A stretch of 64,000 nucleotides of DNA from Kiritimatiellia bacterium (lineage in GTDB: Bacteria > Verrucomicrobiota > Kiritimatiellia > UBA8416 > JADHWI01), in contig JASLPY010000002.1 of the NCBI GenBank assembly GCA_030744755.1, positions 67,006 to 131,005 on the forward strand. The letters are read 5' to 3'. Shown piece by piece: positions 9,408-18,817 of the stretch (position 1 is its first letter; each line of letters begins with the position of its first letter). Below the pieces are notes generated by a model. The model searched no databases and was not told the DNA's origin. It was given only the letters and a program-made list of their open reading frames with translations. Position numbers and translations under genes: made by a program.

Positions 9408-9908
9408 GTGCTGAGTCCCGTGCACCTTCTCAACATAGCTCGTGTGGTTATGGAGGAAGGGACCTGGGGAATGACCAGCGGAGATAATGTTGCCGGCCTG
9501 GAGCTGGCGTGTGTCTGGATTGCCGAAGGTCTGATGATTGTAGGAGGCTCTATCTACATGGCTCGCGGTGGGCTTACTTCATACATCTGCTGCCCTGACT
9601 GCACTGTGTGGTTCAAGGATCCGACAAAAACTATGAGCTACGAAATGCCGGAAGATCTCGACAAGGTAGTACATGACCTGAAGGGACTGAATCTAAAGAC
9701 TCTCCATCATCTGACCCCTCTGACAGGACAGAAACCGGCATCTCTTGAGTTTGACATATTCTTCTGTCCTGCATGCTCCACGTTCGGATGTTTTGACCTG
9801 CAGACCGTGGAACTCATCCAAAAGAAGAAAAAGGTGGAGACGAAGAAGGCGAAGTTGATAGACAGGCTGCTTCTCCCCAAGGAGGGATTGGCAGACTTGC
9901 TCAAATAA
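9408..9908 (+). CDS. Hypothetical protein with Cys clusters (CCPDC...CPAC, zinc-ribbon-like)
   Basis: GTG start 40 nt after the preceding ORF, so likely co-transcribed. Contains a hydrophobic segment, two Cys-x-x-Cys-type clusters and a Lys-rich C-terminus. Confidence 0.4.
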   Translation: MLSPVHLLNIARVVMEEGTWGMTSGDNVAGLELACVWIAEGLMIVGGSIYMARGGLTSYICCPDCTVWFKDPTKTMSYEMPEDLDKVVHDLKGLNLKTLHHLTPLTGQKPASLEFDIFFCPACSTFGCFDLQTVELIQKKKKVETKKAKLIDRLLLPKEGLADLLK

Positions 9909-9984
9909 GGGTTGGTTGTCGGCCTGCGATTGCTACAGGTGAAACCGACTCCGTTGTATGTATGAAGAAAGGAAGGGGATAAAT

Positions 9985-10713
9985 ATGAAGAGTCATATGC
10001 ATGTATTAGTCCTGGTTGTGTGTCTTGTGTCTTTCGGGTCTGTGATGACGGCGGGTGCGGAGGATACGGAATGTGTTGACCTGATGAAAGTTGAAGGGTT
10101 GGAGTCATTTCGTGAGCCAACGGGAGACTGGACGGTTGTTGGAAACGTGTCAAAAGACACGAAGAACGAACGTCTACTGGCCTCCGAGCCCGGCAAGGGG
10201 ACTGTTGTAAACGGGGCCAAGGGGCGGACCAAACACCTCTTCACGAAACTGGAGCACGGAGACATAGAGGCCCACATTGAGTTCGTGGTTCCGGCCAAGT
10301 CAAACTCGGGGGTCTATTTCCAGGGAAGGTATGAAATTCAGGTGCTGGACAGTTGGGGTGTTGAGAAACCCAAGCATGGCGATTGCGGCGGTATCTACCA
10401 GCGATGGAAGCAGGGCAAAGGATATGAAGGCCGTCCTCCGCGGGTCAATGCTTCGCGCAAGCCGGGGGAGTGGCAGTCGTTCGATGTGATATTCCGTGCG
10501 CCGCGTTTTGATAAGGACGGGAAGAAGACAGCCAACGCGGTTTTTGTAAAGGTTGTTCACAACGGAGTTGTGGTGCACGAAAACGAGGAACTTTCGGGAC
10601 CGACCCGCGCATCTGCTTACAATGATGAAAAGCCTCTTGGCCCACTGATGTTCCAGGGCGACCACGGTCCGGTTGCCTATCGAAACGTTCGGATCAAGTT
10701 GCTGAAGAACTAA
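9985..10713 (+). CDS. DUF1080 (3-keto-disaccharide hydrolase family) secreted protein
   Basis: Ribosome-binding site aaggaagggga before the ATG at 9985; the track's upstream start at 9958 is unlikely. Signal peptide present. Hallmark motifs SGVYFQGRYEIQVLDSW and MFQGDHGPVAYRNVRIK. Confidence 0.85.
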   Translation: MKSHMHVLVLVVCLVSFGSVMTAGAEDTECVDLMKVEGLESFREPTGDWTVVGNVSKDTKNERLLASEPGKGTVVNGAKGRTKHLFTKLEHGDIEAHIEFVVPAKSNSGVYFQGRYEIQVLDSWGVEKPKHGDCGGIYQRWKQGKGYEGRPPRVNASRKPGEWQSFDVIFRAPRFDKDGKKTANAVFVKVVHNGVVVHENEELSGPTRASAYNDEKPLGPLMFQGDHGPVAYRNVRIKLLKN

Positions 10714-10857
10714 CCGGCAAGGCAGAACACGGCTCAGCGCAGCTTTGCCCTCCATGCGTTGTCTAGAATGGCTGAGATTGTGGTCATGCAGGGCGAGGCC
10801 GTGCCGAGCCGGGGAGCACCCCGCCGATTTTCGATAGGCGCGATGACAGGTGAGAGT

Positions 10858-11157
10858 ATGAAAGAAGTGTGGTCAAGCCCCAGTCTCGTACAGTGCGACC
10901 TCGTCAAGGCTATGCTTGAGGGTGAAGGTATCGAGTGCGCGGTACGAAATGAGAGCAATGCGCGTTTCGCGGGAATAGGCTATCCGTTGCTTTCCGGGCA
11001 GACGCTCGCTTTTGCGTGGCCGCAACTGTGGGTGCCCGACGCGCAGTTTGAGAGGGCATCAGAGATAGTGCGTGACTATTCCAAAGGTCATGAGGAAACG
11101 CTCGAACGAGACAAGGAAAGATTGTCCGGCAATGAAACCGAGAGCGACGACTCGTAA
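10858..11157 (+). CDS. DUF2007-domain protein (putative signal-transducing protein)
   Basis: Internal ATG with ribosome-binding site ggtgagag. Matches the DUF2007 pattern ..VWSSPSLVQCDLVKAMLEGEGIECAVRNE..WPQLWVPDAQFERASEIV.. The upstream extension (from 10759) carries no domain. Confidence 0.55.
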   Translation: MKEVWSSPSLVQCDLVKAMLEGEGIECAVRNESNARFAGIGYPLLSGQTLAFAWPQLWVPDAQFERASEIVRDYSKGHEETLERDKERLSGNETESDDS

Positions 11158-11181
11158 CTTCTCATGGAGGAATGTTCGATG

Positions 11182-12372
11182 AGAATCACGCAAAGACGAT
11201 TTACAAACCGTGTCTTGCGAGCAATGCCGGTGATCCTCATCTTCCTGACCCTTGAAGCGCCTGCGCCTGGTGCTGACATCATGGTTCGTGATGCGAAAGA
11301 ATTGCGGGACGAGTTGCGTGGGGCACAACCCGGCGCCACGATCAGGCTGGCCCCGGGGAACTACGGTAGTGGTATTGGGGTCAAGGACCTCAATGGCACG
11401 AAAGACAAACCGATCGTCATTACGGGTGCAGACGCCCGGAATAGACCTTTGTTCGCCGGCGGTAACGAAGCCATACATTTTATCAATTGCAATTACATTA
11501 CGCTGCGTGACATCAAGGTATCCGGCTGTTCGGGAAACGGGATCAATGCCGACGATGGCGGCAGCTTTGATACGCCGTCAAGGGGGATGGTTTTTGAGAA
11601 TGTCACCATTGAAAACGTCGGGCCAACGGGCAATAGGGACGGCCTGAAACTGTCCGGTCTGGATTATTTCGTGGTCAGGAACTGCCGGATCTCCGGCTGG
11701 GGAGGTTCGGCAATCGATATGGTAGGGTGTCATGATGGTGTCATCGAAAGATGCCAATTCCTTGGTAAACAGGGATTTTCCCAGAGCACGGGAATCCAGA
11801 CCAAGGGTGGGTCCGAGAACATCATGATCAAGCAGAACTTTTTCAAGAACGCCGGCGGACGTGCTGTCAATATAGGCGGCAGTACCGGCCTTCAGTACTT
11901 CCGGCCAACTCTGCGTGACTACGAAGCGAAAGCCATTGAAGTTGCTGGGAACCACTTTGTCGGGAGTATGGCGCCGGTCGCTTACGTCACGTCGATCAAA
12001 TGCCTGGTGCGTCAAAATACCATTATCAACCCGGAGAAATGGGTCATGCGAATCCTCCAGGAACAGCCGACTGACAAGTTCCAGCCGTGCCAGCAGGGAG
12101 TCTTCGAAGCCAACCTGGTTGTTTTCGACAGACGAGTACGGACATTCGTCAACATCGGGCCAAACACAAAGCCCGAAACGTTTGTGTTCCGGAGAAACGC
12201 TTGGTTCTGCAGTGATGGGAACCGTCGCCCCTCGCTGCCTGCCAAGGAAGTCGATGGCGTCTATCAAATCGATCCCAAGCTGCAGAACCTTGAGACGCCC
12301 AGTCTGAAAGTGGGATCCAGAAATCTGAAACTGCAGGGTATAGGCGCCCATGCCTTCAGAATGCGAGATTAA
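11182..12372 (+). CDS. Right-handed parallel beta-helix repeat protein (pectate-lyase fold), secreted
   Basis: Ribosome-binding site ggagga. Signal-like N-terminus. Repeated motifs of the form ..NCxIxG..GIN.. (NCNYITLRDIKVSGCSGNGINADD, VRNCRISGWGGSAIDM). Confidence 0.7.
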   Translation, partial: RITQRRFTNRVLRAMPVILIFLTLEAPAPGADIMVRDAKELRDELRGAQPGATIRLAPGNYGSGIGVKDLNGTKDKPIVITGADARNRPLFAGGNEAIHFINCNYITLRDIKVSGCSGNGINADDGGSFDTPSRGMVFENVTIENVGPTGNRDGLKLSGLDYFVVRNCRISGWGGSAIDMVGCHDGVIERCQFLGKQGFSQSTGIQTKGGSENIMIKQNFFKNAGGRAVNIGGSTGLQYFRPTLRDYEAKAIEVAGNHFVGSMAPVAYVTSIKCLVRQNTIINPEKWVMRILQEQPTDKFQPCQQGVFEANLVVFDRRVRTFVNIGPNTKPETFVFRRNAWFCSDGNRRPSLPAKEVDGVYQIDPKLQNLETPSLKVGSRNLKLQGIGAHAFRMRD

Positions 12373-12387
12373 GAGGAAAACACAGTT

Positions 12388-15300
12388 ATGAAATCACTAT
12401 CAATCGTCCTGGTTGTGTTCGTGGCCTGTACCACCCGGTCCATCGCGGAGAAAGCGAATGGGCGCAAAGCCGTGCAAACGGAACTGGTTAAGGCCTCGGG
12501 TGTAACGGGAGGGCTGGTCGTTATTGTTGGTGACAATACTCAACTGGCGACTGAACTGGGATCAAAGGGCTCATACCTGGTGCACGTAATTGATACAGAC
12601 CAGGCAAGAGTCGACCGGGCAAGGGCACATATCCAATCAAAAGGACTTTACGGAACAGTGTCCGCGGATACGTTTGACGGAATCCATCTGCCCTACGTGG
12701 ACAACCTGGTGAACTTGGTCGTGATAGGGGACAGGCAATGTGAAATACGGCATGAGGAGGTCGAGCGCGTGCTTGCTCCTCGCGGCGTAGCCATCGCGCC
12801 GAAAGGTGCATCATGTATCCCTGACCCTTCCCTCCTCATAGCCGATGGGTTGGTTAGCTTCACAAACCCGGTTCCTTCCACTATTGACGACTGGACCCAT
12901 TTCCTGCATGGATCCGACAACAATGCCGTGGCTCGCGACAGCGTTGTTGGCCCGCCCCGGCATATGCAATGGGTGGGTGGCCCGCGCTACGGAAGGCATC
13001 ACGATAAGATGTCCAGTATCAGCGCCGTAGTCTCGTCAAGGGGGCGCGTCTTCTACATACAGGATGAAACTTCTCCTTTCTCGGTTCTTACGGCCCCGGA
13101 ATGGAAGCTCGTCGCCCGCGATGCCTTTAACGGGACAGTGCTCTGGAAACGGCATATAGCCAAATGGTTCAATGACCTCCATCCCCACAAAAGCGGCCCG
13201 GCAAATCTGCCGCGCAAGCTGGTCGCCGATGAAGACCGGGTCTACGTAACCCTCTCCATCGACGGTCCCGCCCTTGCCCTGAACGCAGCAACGGGTGAGA
13301 CGGTTAATACGTACGAAGGAACAGAACCGGCCGACGAACTTATGTACTCAGACGGAATTCTCTTTGTACGAAAAGAGACTGGGCTCTCGGCGTTCGATGC
13401 GGTTTCCAGCAAGGAACTGTGGAAAACCGACCAGGTACCCGTCAAGGGAAGCCTCGCCGTTGACGATGAGCGTGCCGTGTTCCTGGTTGGAGACCGAATT
13501 GCCTGTCTCAACAAGAAGGACGGAAAACAGATATGGCAATCGGAACCGGTGCCTCGACCCGAGAAGTACCATGTACGATTCACCCCAACCCTCATCCTTT
13601 ACGATGACATCGTGCTCTGGGCGGGTGGCGAGAAATCTGTGGGTCACAAGGATCACCAGGGGAACTACTCCTGGTTCAAAGGCCTTAACGATACCGTCAA
13701 CGCGCTGTCAGCCGAGACAGGCAAGCTGTTGTGGACGGCTCCTCATCCGTTATCCGGGTATGCTTCATCAGAGGATCTCTTCGTGATAGACGGGGTCGTC
13801 TGGTGTGGCGAAACCACCAGTGGCCACGCCGTAGGTCACTACAAGGGGCATGATGTAAAGACCGGCAAGGTCGTCAAGGAATTCGATCCGGATGTGGATA
13901 CTTACTGGTTTCATCACCGCTGTCATCGGGGCAAGGCGACCGAGAAGTTCATCCTGACGTCACGGACGGGCACCGAGTTTATCGACCCCAAGACCGGGCA
14001 CTGGCAGATCAACCACTGGGTACGCGGCGCATGTCTCTATGGCATCATGCCGGCCAACGGCCTGGTTTACTCGCCCCAGAATCCCTGTGCATGCTTTCTC
14101 GACAGCAGGATGGACGGTTTCAATGCTCTTGCCCATTCGCAAACGCCCTTCCCGAAAACGGAAACAGGACGACTCGAAAAAGGCCCTGCCTATCCGGAGG
14201 CCAGAGATCGGAAGTCAGAAGTCGGCAGGGCAGAGCCGCCCTCCGATCTCCGATCTCCGATCTCTGCTTCTTCCTGGCCCACCTACAGAGGCAACAACGG
14301 ACGAAGCGGAAGCATCGAGGCGAAGGTACCTCCTGAGGTGAGACCAGCCTGGGCAACGAAGATTGCCGGACGGATCAGCAGTCCAACGATTGCCTTCGGC
14401 AAAGTCTTCGTGGCCGCGATCGATCAGCACAAGGTTGTTGCCCTTGACGAAAAAGATGGGAAGATCCTCTGGCAGTATACAACCGGGGGGCGTGTGGATT
14501 CACCGCCAACTCTCATAGAGGCGGCAAAGGGCAAGGGGCAGAAGACGGTCGCCCTCTGTATCTTCGGCTCGCGCGACGGGATGATCACTTGCCTGAATGC
14601 ATCTGACGGCAAGGTTGCCTGGCGTTTCCGCGCCGCACCTGCCGACCGGCGTTTGATGGCATACGAGCAGATCGAATCGCTCTGGCCCGTAAGCGGCAGT
14701 GTGCTGGTCCACGACAATGTCCTCTACGCGGCGGTTGGACGATCCTTCTTCCTGGATGGTGGTCTTCGCCTCCTGCGGCTGGATCCCGTGAGCGGGAAAC
14801 TGCTTTCAGAGACTATGATGGGAGAGAAAGATGAGAAGGGCGAGGCGATACAGAGCTACGCCCGCCAACACAACATGCCCACTTCCCTTCCGGACATTCT
14901 CTCCTGTGACGGGAAGTATGTCTTCATGCGGTCGCAAGCTTTCAGGCTGGACGGCACCAGGTTGCCGCTGAAGGCATTGGAATACGGCGGCAATCCGGAA
15001 CGCTACTCTATCAAACCGACGCAGGATCCGGCGTTCGCGCATCTCTTCAGCCCCACGGGATTCCTGGACGACTCCTGGTGGCACCGGACCTACTGGGTAT
15101 ACGGCAGTCGCTTTATCGGGGGCTGGGCAGGCTATCCCCAGGCCGGCAAGGTTGCCCCGTCCGGCCGTATCCTGGTTTTTGACGATGACAGAGTGTTCGG
15201 TTATGGACGCCTGCCAAAGTTTTACCGCTGGACCAAGCCAATCGAACATCGCCTTTTCGCTGCCAGGAAGACCGGTTTCAAGATCAATGACAAGGAGGCG

Positions 15301-15627
15301 TATTCCTGGACTGGAGACATTGCCATGTTCCCGAGAGGTATGGTCAAGGCCGGCAATCTGCTGTTCATCGCGGGGCCGGAGGATTTCGTGAACGAAGAAG
15401 CCGCCTATCGCCACCGGAACAACCCAGAGTGGCAGGAAAAGATCCGCCGTCAGGCCGAAGCTTTCTCAGGAAGCGCCGGCGGTTTTCTGAGAGCAATGAA
15501 CACGGAGACGGGCGAGCAGGCCTCGCAGATAAAGATCGGCAGCATCCCCGTCTTTGACGGCATGGCCGCGGCCAACAGCAGGTTGTACATATCGCTCGTT
15601 GATGGCAGCGTCATGTGCTTGGAGTGA
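12388..15627 (+). CDS. PQQ-like beta-propeller repeat protein with an N-terminal methyltransferase-like Rossmann domain
   Basis: Ribosome-binding site aagagga. Signal peptide. GLVVIVGDNTQLATELG..VHVIDTD resembles methyltransferase motif I. Multiple PQQ/BamB-type blades (KILWQYTTGGRVDSPP, KVAWRFRAAPADRRL). 1079 aa. Confidence 0.75.
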   Translation: MKSLSIVLVVFVACTTRSIAEKANGRKAVQTELVKASGVTGGLVVIVGDNTQLATELGSKGSYLVHVIDTDQARVDRARAHIQSKGLYGTVSADTFDGIHLPYVDNLVNLVVIGDRQCEIRHEEVERVLAPRGVAIAPKGASCIPDPSLLIADGLVSFTNPVPSTIDDWTHFLHGSDNNAVARDSVVGPPRHMQWVGGPRYGRHHDKMSSISAVVSSRGRVFYIQDETSPFSVLTAPEWKLVARDAFNGTVLWKRHIAKWFNDLHPHKSGPANLPRKLVADEDRVYVTLSIDGPALALNAATGETVNTYEGTEPADELMYSDGILFVRKETGLSAFDAVSSKELWKTDQVPVKGSLAVDDERAVFLVGDRIACLNKKDGKQIWQSEPVPRPEKYHVRFTPTLILYDDIVLWAGGEKSVGHKDHQGNYSWFKGLNDTVNALSAETGKLLWTAPHPLSGYASSEDLFVIDGVVWCGETTSGHAVGHYKGHDVKTGKVVKEFDPDVDTYWFHHRCHRGKATEKFILTSRTGTEFIDPKTGHWQINHWVRGACLYGIMPANGLVYSPQNPCACFLDSRMDGFNALAHSQTPFPKTETGRLEKGPAYPEARDRKSEVGRAEPPSDLRSPISASSWPTYRGNNGRSGSIEAKVPPEVRPAWATKIAGRISSPTIAFGKVFVAAIDQHKVVALDEKDGKILWQYTTGGRVDSPPTLIEAAKGKGQKTVALCIFGSRDGMITCLNASDGKVAWRFRAAPADRRLMAYEQIESLWPVSGSVLVHDNVLYAAVGRSFFLDGGLRLLRLDPVSGKLLSETMMGEKDEKGEAIQSYARQHNMPTSLPDILSCDGKYVFMRSQAFRLDGTRLPLKALEYGGNPERYSIKPTQDPAFAHLFSPTGFLDDSWWHRTYWVYGSRFIGGWAGYPQAGKVAPSGRILVFDDDRVFGYGRLPKFYRWTKPIEHRLFAARKTGFKINDKEAYSWTGDIAMFPRGMVKAGNLLFIAGPEDFVNEEAAYRHRNNPEWQEKIRRQAEAFSGSAGGFLRAMNTETGEQASQIKIGSIPVFDGMAAANSRLYISLVDGSVMCLE

Positions 15628-15866
15628 GATGCGGCGGAGGCGGTCACCTTGCTGAGGGCGTCAGGTTTTGTGGCTTCTCTTGCGCTTGCCCACCGCCGAA
15701 CTTGCGCGGGTCGGGCAGGGTGCCAGTCCTACATGGGAGGGATCCAGTATCGTCTTACTGACACCTGCTTTTTGCGTCAAAGCGTAGAAAGCTCATTTAA
15801 CATGGTTGTTGTAAACGAAAACGGCGTAGTGCTACGATCCGGGCGAGATCAAAGGGAATGTGAGCA

Positions 15867-16631
15867 ATGCGAGAGACTATTTCTGCCTGTATAACTGCCG
15901 GAAACGAAGAAAAAAACATCCGGAGATGCCTTGAGAGCGTCACGTGGGCCGATGAAATCGTTGTTGTCGACAGTTTCAGCACGGACCGAACCGTAGAGAT
16001 CTGCAGGGAATACACGGATAGGGTCTACGCTCACCGGTGGCTTGGATACATAGGGCAGAAGAACCTTATAAAGGATCTGGCAAAGAAACCGTGGGTTCTT
16101 TTCCTCGACGCCGACGAGGAAATATCCGCGGGATTGCGAGACGAGATTCTGGGTGAATTCAAGAACGGTGCGAGTACATCGGTTGCGGGCTACGAATTTC
16201 CGCGCCTGGTGAAATACCTGGGCCGCTGGATAAAGCATGGGGACTGGTATCCGGACGTAAAGCTAAGGCTCTTCCGAAAGGAACATGGCAAATGTGGGGG
16301 CAAGGAACCTCATGATCGACTGATCGTGGACGGCCCGGTAAGGCGCCTCCAGAACTGCATGTACCATTACACCTACTCCGGGATTTCCGACCAGGTGGCT
16401 ACCATAAACAGGTTTTCTACAATCACGGCCCAGGGAAAGCATGACGAAGGGGTGAAGTTTCGGTTTACCGACTTGTTCTTGAGACCCGTATATCGCTTTT
16501 TCCGTGGATACTTCTTTAAACTCGGTTTTCTCGACGGGTTCGCAGGACTGGTAGTTGCGGTGACCACTTCATTCGGTGTCTTCATAAAATACGCCAAGCT
16601 CTGGGAAATGCGCCGGGAGGACACGGAGTGA
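15867..16631 (+). CDS. Family 2 glycosyltransferase (KdtX/WaaE-like)
   Basis: SACITAGNEEKNIRRCLESVTWADEIVVVDSFSTDRT and the FLDADEE (DxD-type) motif. Confidence 0.85.
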   Translation: MRETISACITAGNEEKNIRRCLESVTWADEIVVVDSFSTDRTVEICREYTDRVYAHRWLGYIGQKNLIKDLAKKPWVLFLDADEEISAGLRDEILGEFKNGASTSVAGYEFPRLVKYLGRWIKHGDWYPDVKLRLFRKEHGKCGGKEPHDRLIVDGPVRRLQNCMYHYTYSGISDQVATINRFSTITAQGKHDEGVKFRFTDLFLRPVYRFFRGYFFKLGFLDGFAGLVVAVTTSFGVFIKYAKLWEMRREDTE

Positions 16632-16662
16632 CGGTTCTTCTTATCCCCTGATGGTGAGGCCG

Positions 16663-17436
16663 TTACTTGGCCGTCGCGTTTTGCTTCAATCTCGACAGCA
16701 TTGTCAGGGCGGACGAGCGGTGTCCCACGCGTTCTTCTCTGCCTGCGCCGAGAAGGGCATTGCGAACATCTGCAAGCGGGGTTTCACCGGAGAAATCGCA
16801 GTCGATGATGGAAGCGTATGTCCCGGCTCTTACCTCCTCGCCGGAAAACGGGAGGGGATCGGATCCTGCAACGATGCCAATTCCGTCTCGTGCGGCTTTC
16901 TGCATCAGTCGCGGTTCAGGCCAGACCGTTGGGCGCAACGTCGTATCACCAACAATGATCTTGCCGGGACCGAACTTCGCCAGTACCGAGTCCACTACCT
17001 TTCCCCGCCCAAAAAACCACTTGCCTGGAGCCCAGCTCAGGATAGGAACGCCGTTATCGGCGAGAACCGCCGATATCGTGTCGGCGGCCGCGAGGCCATC
17101 CTCAATATGTCCGGCCATAGCCACGCCGAGGATTTCGATGCGTTCTTCGGTGACTATCTGTCTGCCGGAGAGAACGTACAGTGCATTCCCGTCATCAACG
17201 TTCAGAACCAGGGCACCCTCTTCTCCGGATGTTGAAACCTGTATGCCGGCACCCGTCAGATCGATGCTTCCCGACGCCAGCTTGGTGAAAACATGGCAGT
17301 CATGCCGTTCCGCCAGAAGGGCAATCTTCACCGCGTCGGGGGCAAGCTGCGAAAGGTTCGAATCCAGGCAGCGCAGCGCCAACGCCAGGTCATAGCAGGG
17401 GTACAGATGAACGTGCGTATCGATTATCAAGTGCAT
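16663..17436 (-). CDS. Metal-dependent hydrolase, PHP/TatD-like (putative)
   Basis: The N-terminus MHLIIDTHVHLY is a typical metal-binding start of PHP and amidohydrolase-fold enzymes. The rest has no clear family. Confidence 0.45.
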   Translation of the reverse strand: MHLIIDTHVHLYPCYDLALALRCLDSNLSQLAPDAVKIALLAERHDCHVFTKLASGSIDLTGAGIQVSTSGEEGALVLNVDDGNALYVLSGRQIVTEERIEILGVAMAGHIEDGLAAADTISAVLADNGVPILSWAPGKWFFGRGKVVDSVLAKFGPGKIIVGDTTLRPTVWPEPRLMQKAARDGIGIVAGSDPLPFSGEEVRAGTYASIIDCDFSGETPLADVRNALLGAGREERVGHRSSALTMLSRLKQNATAK

Positions 17437-17467
17437 GGATAGGCCTTCTGGTTAGACAGATGAATCT

Positions 17468-18637
17468 CTACCTCAGCATGGTTTCGTAGCATTCTGCAAG
17501 CCGTTTCTTGAACTGCTGGAAGTTATACGTGTCGTCTATCAGCCGGCGTCCGTTCTCTGCCAGTCTTTTCCGTAACTGGGGATCATCCAGCAGATTGCAG
17601 ATTGCCCGTGCGAATTCAGGCGGCTTGGGTTCGGCGAGAACTGCAATGGTCTCGTCCAGGATCAGCCGGTTTGCATCGGTGTCGGTTGCCACGATTGCGC
17701 TTTCGGCTTTGAGGTAATCGAGGAGCTTGAGCGGAGTGTTCACACCGCTGAGCCGTGGAGATAAGAGGATGTCAGCCGCAGCCAGGAAGTGGGGCAGGTC
17801 GTCCGGGGGTATCTTGCCCGCAAAGGTCACCGAATCCTCACAGTTTCTGTCCGTCAGCCACCGCTTCCTCTGTTCGATTTCCCCGGGCGTGCCGCCCACA
17901 ATCACGAACCGTGCCTCCGGATGACTCTTAACGACTTCGGGAACCGATTCGAACATAAGGTCGACTCCCTGATAAACGGCAAAAGATCCCACGAACATCA
18001 CAAGTCTTTCTTCCTGTGAGCCCGCGAGTTCTTTCCGGTGTGCATCGGCACGCTCCGGGGTAGGTTCAACAAGAGATGATGGAATGTCGAAGATGTGGTG
18101 ATGAGATGCGTGCCCCGCCATGGCCCTGGTCTGCGCGACAAGACCTTCTCCCGTTCCTATCACCGCATCGGCCCTGCGGACTATGAAGCGTTCCAGTGCC
18201 GCATACCCGCGCATCAAAAAGTTGCGAAGGGCGCCTTTCTTGTAGGCAGAAGGATCGCTGTGCTTCTCGTACACAAGTTTGCTCCCGGCAACCTTTGCAA
18301 CGAAAACGCCTATGGCCCCAGCATCTTCGACGCCATGAATAACTGCGTAACGGTTTCTGCGAGCCAGGGACAGGGCCTTGAACAGGAGAATGATATCGAA
18401 AAGCGCCTTCGATACTGACGGTCCTATCGGAACGTTCTTCACGCCCAGAAGGTTCGGAACCCTGATCACATTGACCCCATCAATCTGCCGATCTTCGCCA
18501 ATGGGCAGAGTCAATAGATCCACCTGATATCCGGATTCTGCCAGTGCCTGCAGATCGAATCCTGCCCGTATGGGTGATCCCCGCCACTGGAAAAACGGTT
18601 GCGGCAGAATGAACAGAACTTTCTCAGCGTCACTCAT
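17468..18637 (-). CDS. Family 4 glycosyltransferase (GT-B)
   Basis: GT4 pattern with an N-terminal acceptor domain. C-terminal ..FVGSFAVYQGVDLMFES.. followed by a TGEGL/E-x7-E-like region. Confidence 0.85.
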   Translation of the reverse strand: MSDAEKVLFILPQPFFQWRGSPIRAGFDLQALAESGYQVDLLTLPIGEDRQIDGVNVIRVPNLLGVKNVPIGPSVSKALFDIILLFKALSLARRNRYAVIHGVEDAGAIGVFVAKVAGSKLVYEKHSDPSAYKKGALRNFLMRGYAALERFIVRRADAVIGTGEGLVAQTRAMAGHASHHHIFDIPSSLVEPTPERADAHRKELAGSQEERLVMFVGSFAVYQGVDLMFESVPEVVKSHPEARFVIVGGTPGEIEQRKRWLTDRNCEDSVTFAGKIPPDDLPHFLAAADILLSPRLSGVNTPLKLLDYLKAESAIVATDTDANRLILDETIAVLAEPKPPEFARAICNLLDDPQLRKRLAENGRRLIDDTYNFQQFKKRLAECYETMLR

Positions 18638-18817
18638 GTCTATTTAAGTTTCCTTTGTGCTTCGTACTTTCGTATTGTGAACGGAAAGAGACGGCATGCC
18701 CCACTAGTAGGGATTTTCTTGTTGCAAATCAAATCGTTTCTTGCAGAATGCCGTCTCAATTTGCGCGGCGGGACCGAGGATGACGAACAAGCCGCGACAC
18801 AAAACCCGGAGAGAATC

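Noticed and set aside
9958-9984. Upstream start (MYEERKGIN) for the DUF1080 gene
   Set aside because: The ribosome-binding site aaggaagggga is positioned for the ATG at 9985, and the signal peptide begins there.
14243-14264. ccgatct x3 tandem repeat
   Set aside because: It is only 21 bp and lies inside a coding linker region with no spacer-repeat architecture. It is not a CRISPR array.
18599-18817. 73-codon N-terminal extension of the sulfatase-like ORF in the track
   Set aside because: The extension overlaps the divergently transcribed GT4 gene and has no signal peptide. The ATG at 18818 has the ribosome-binding site ggagag and a lipoprotein signal.
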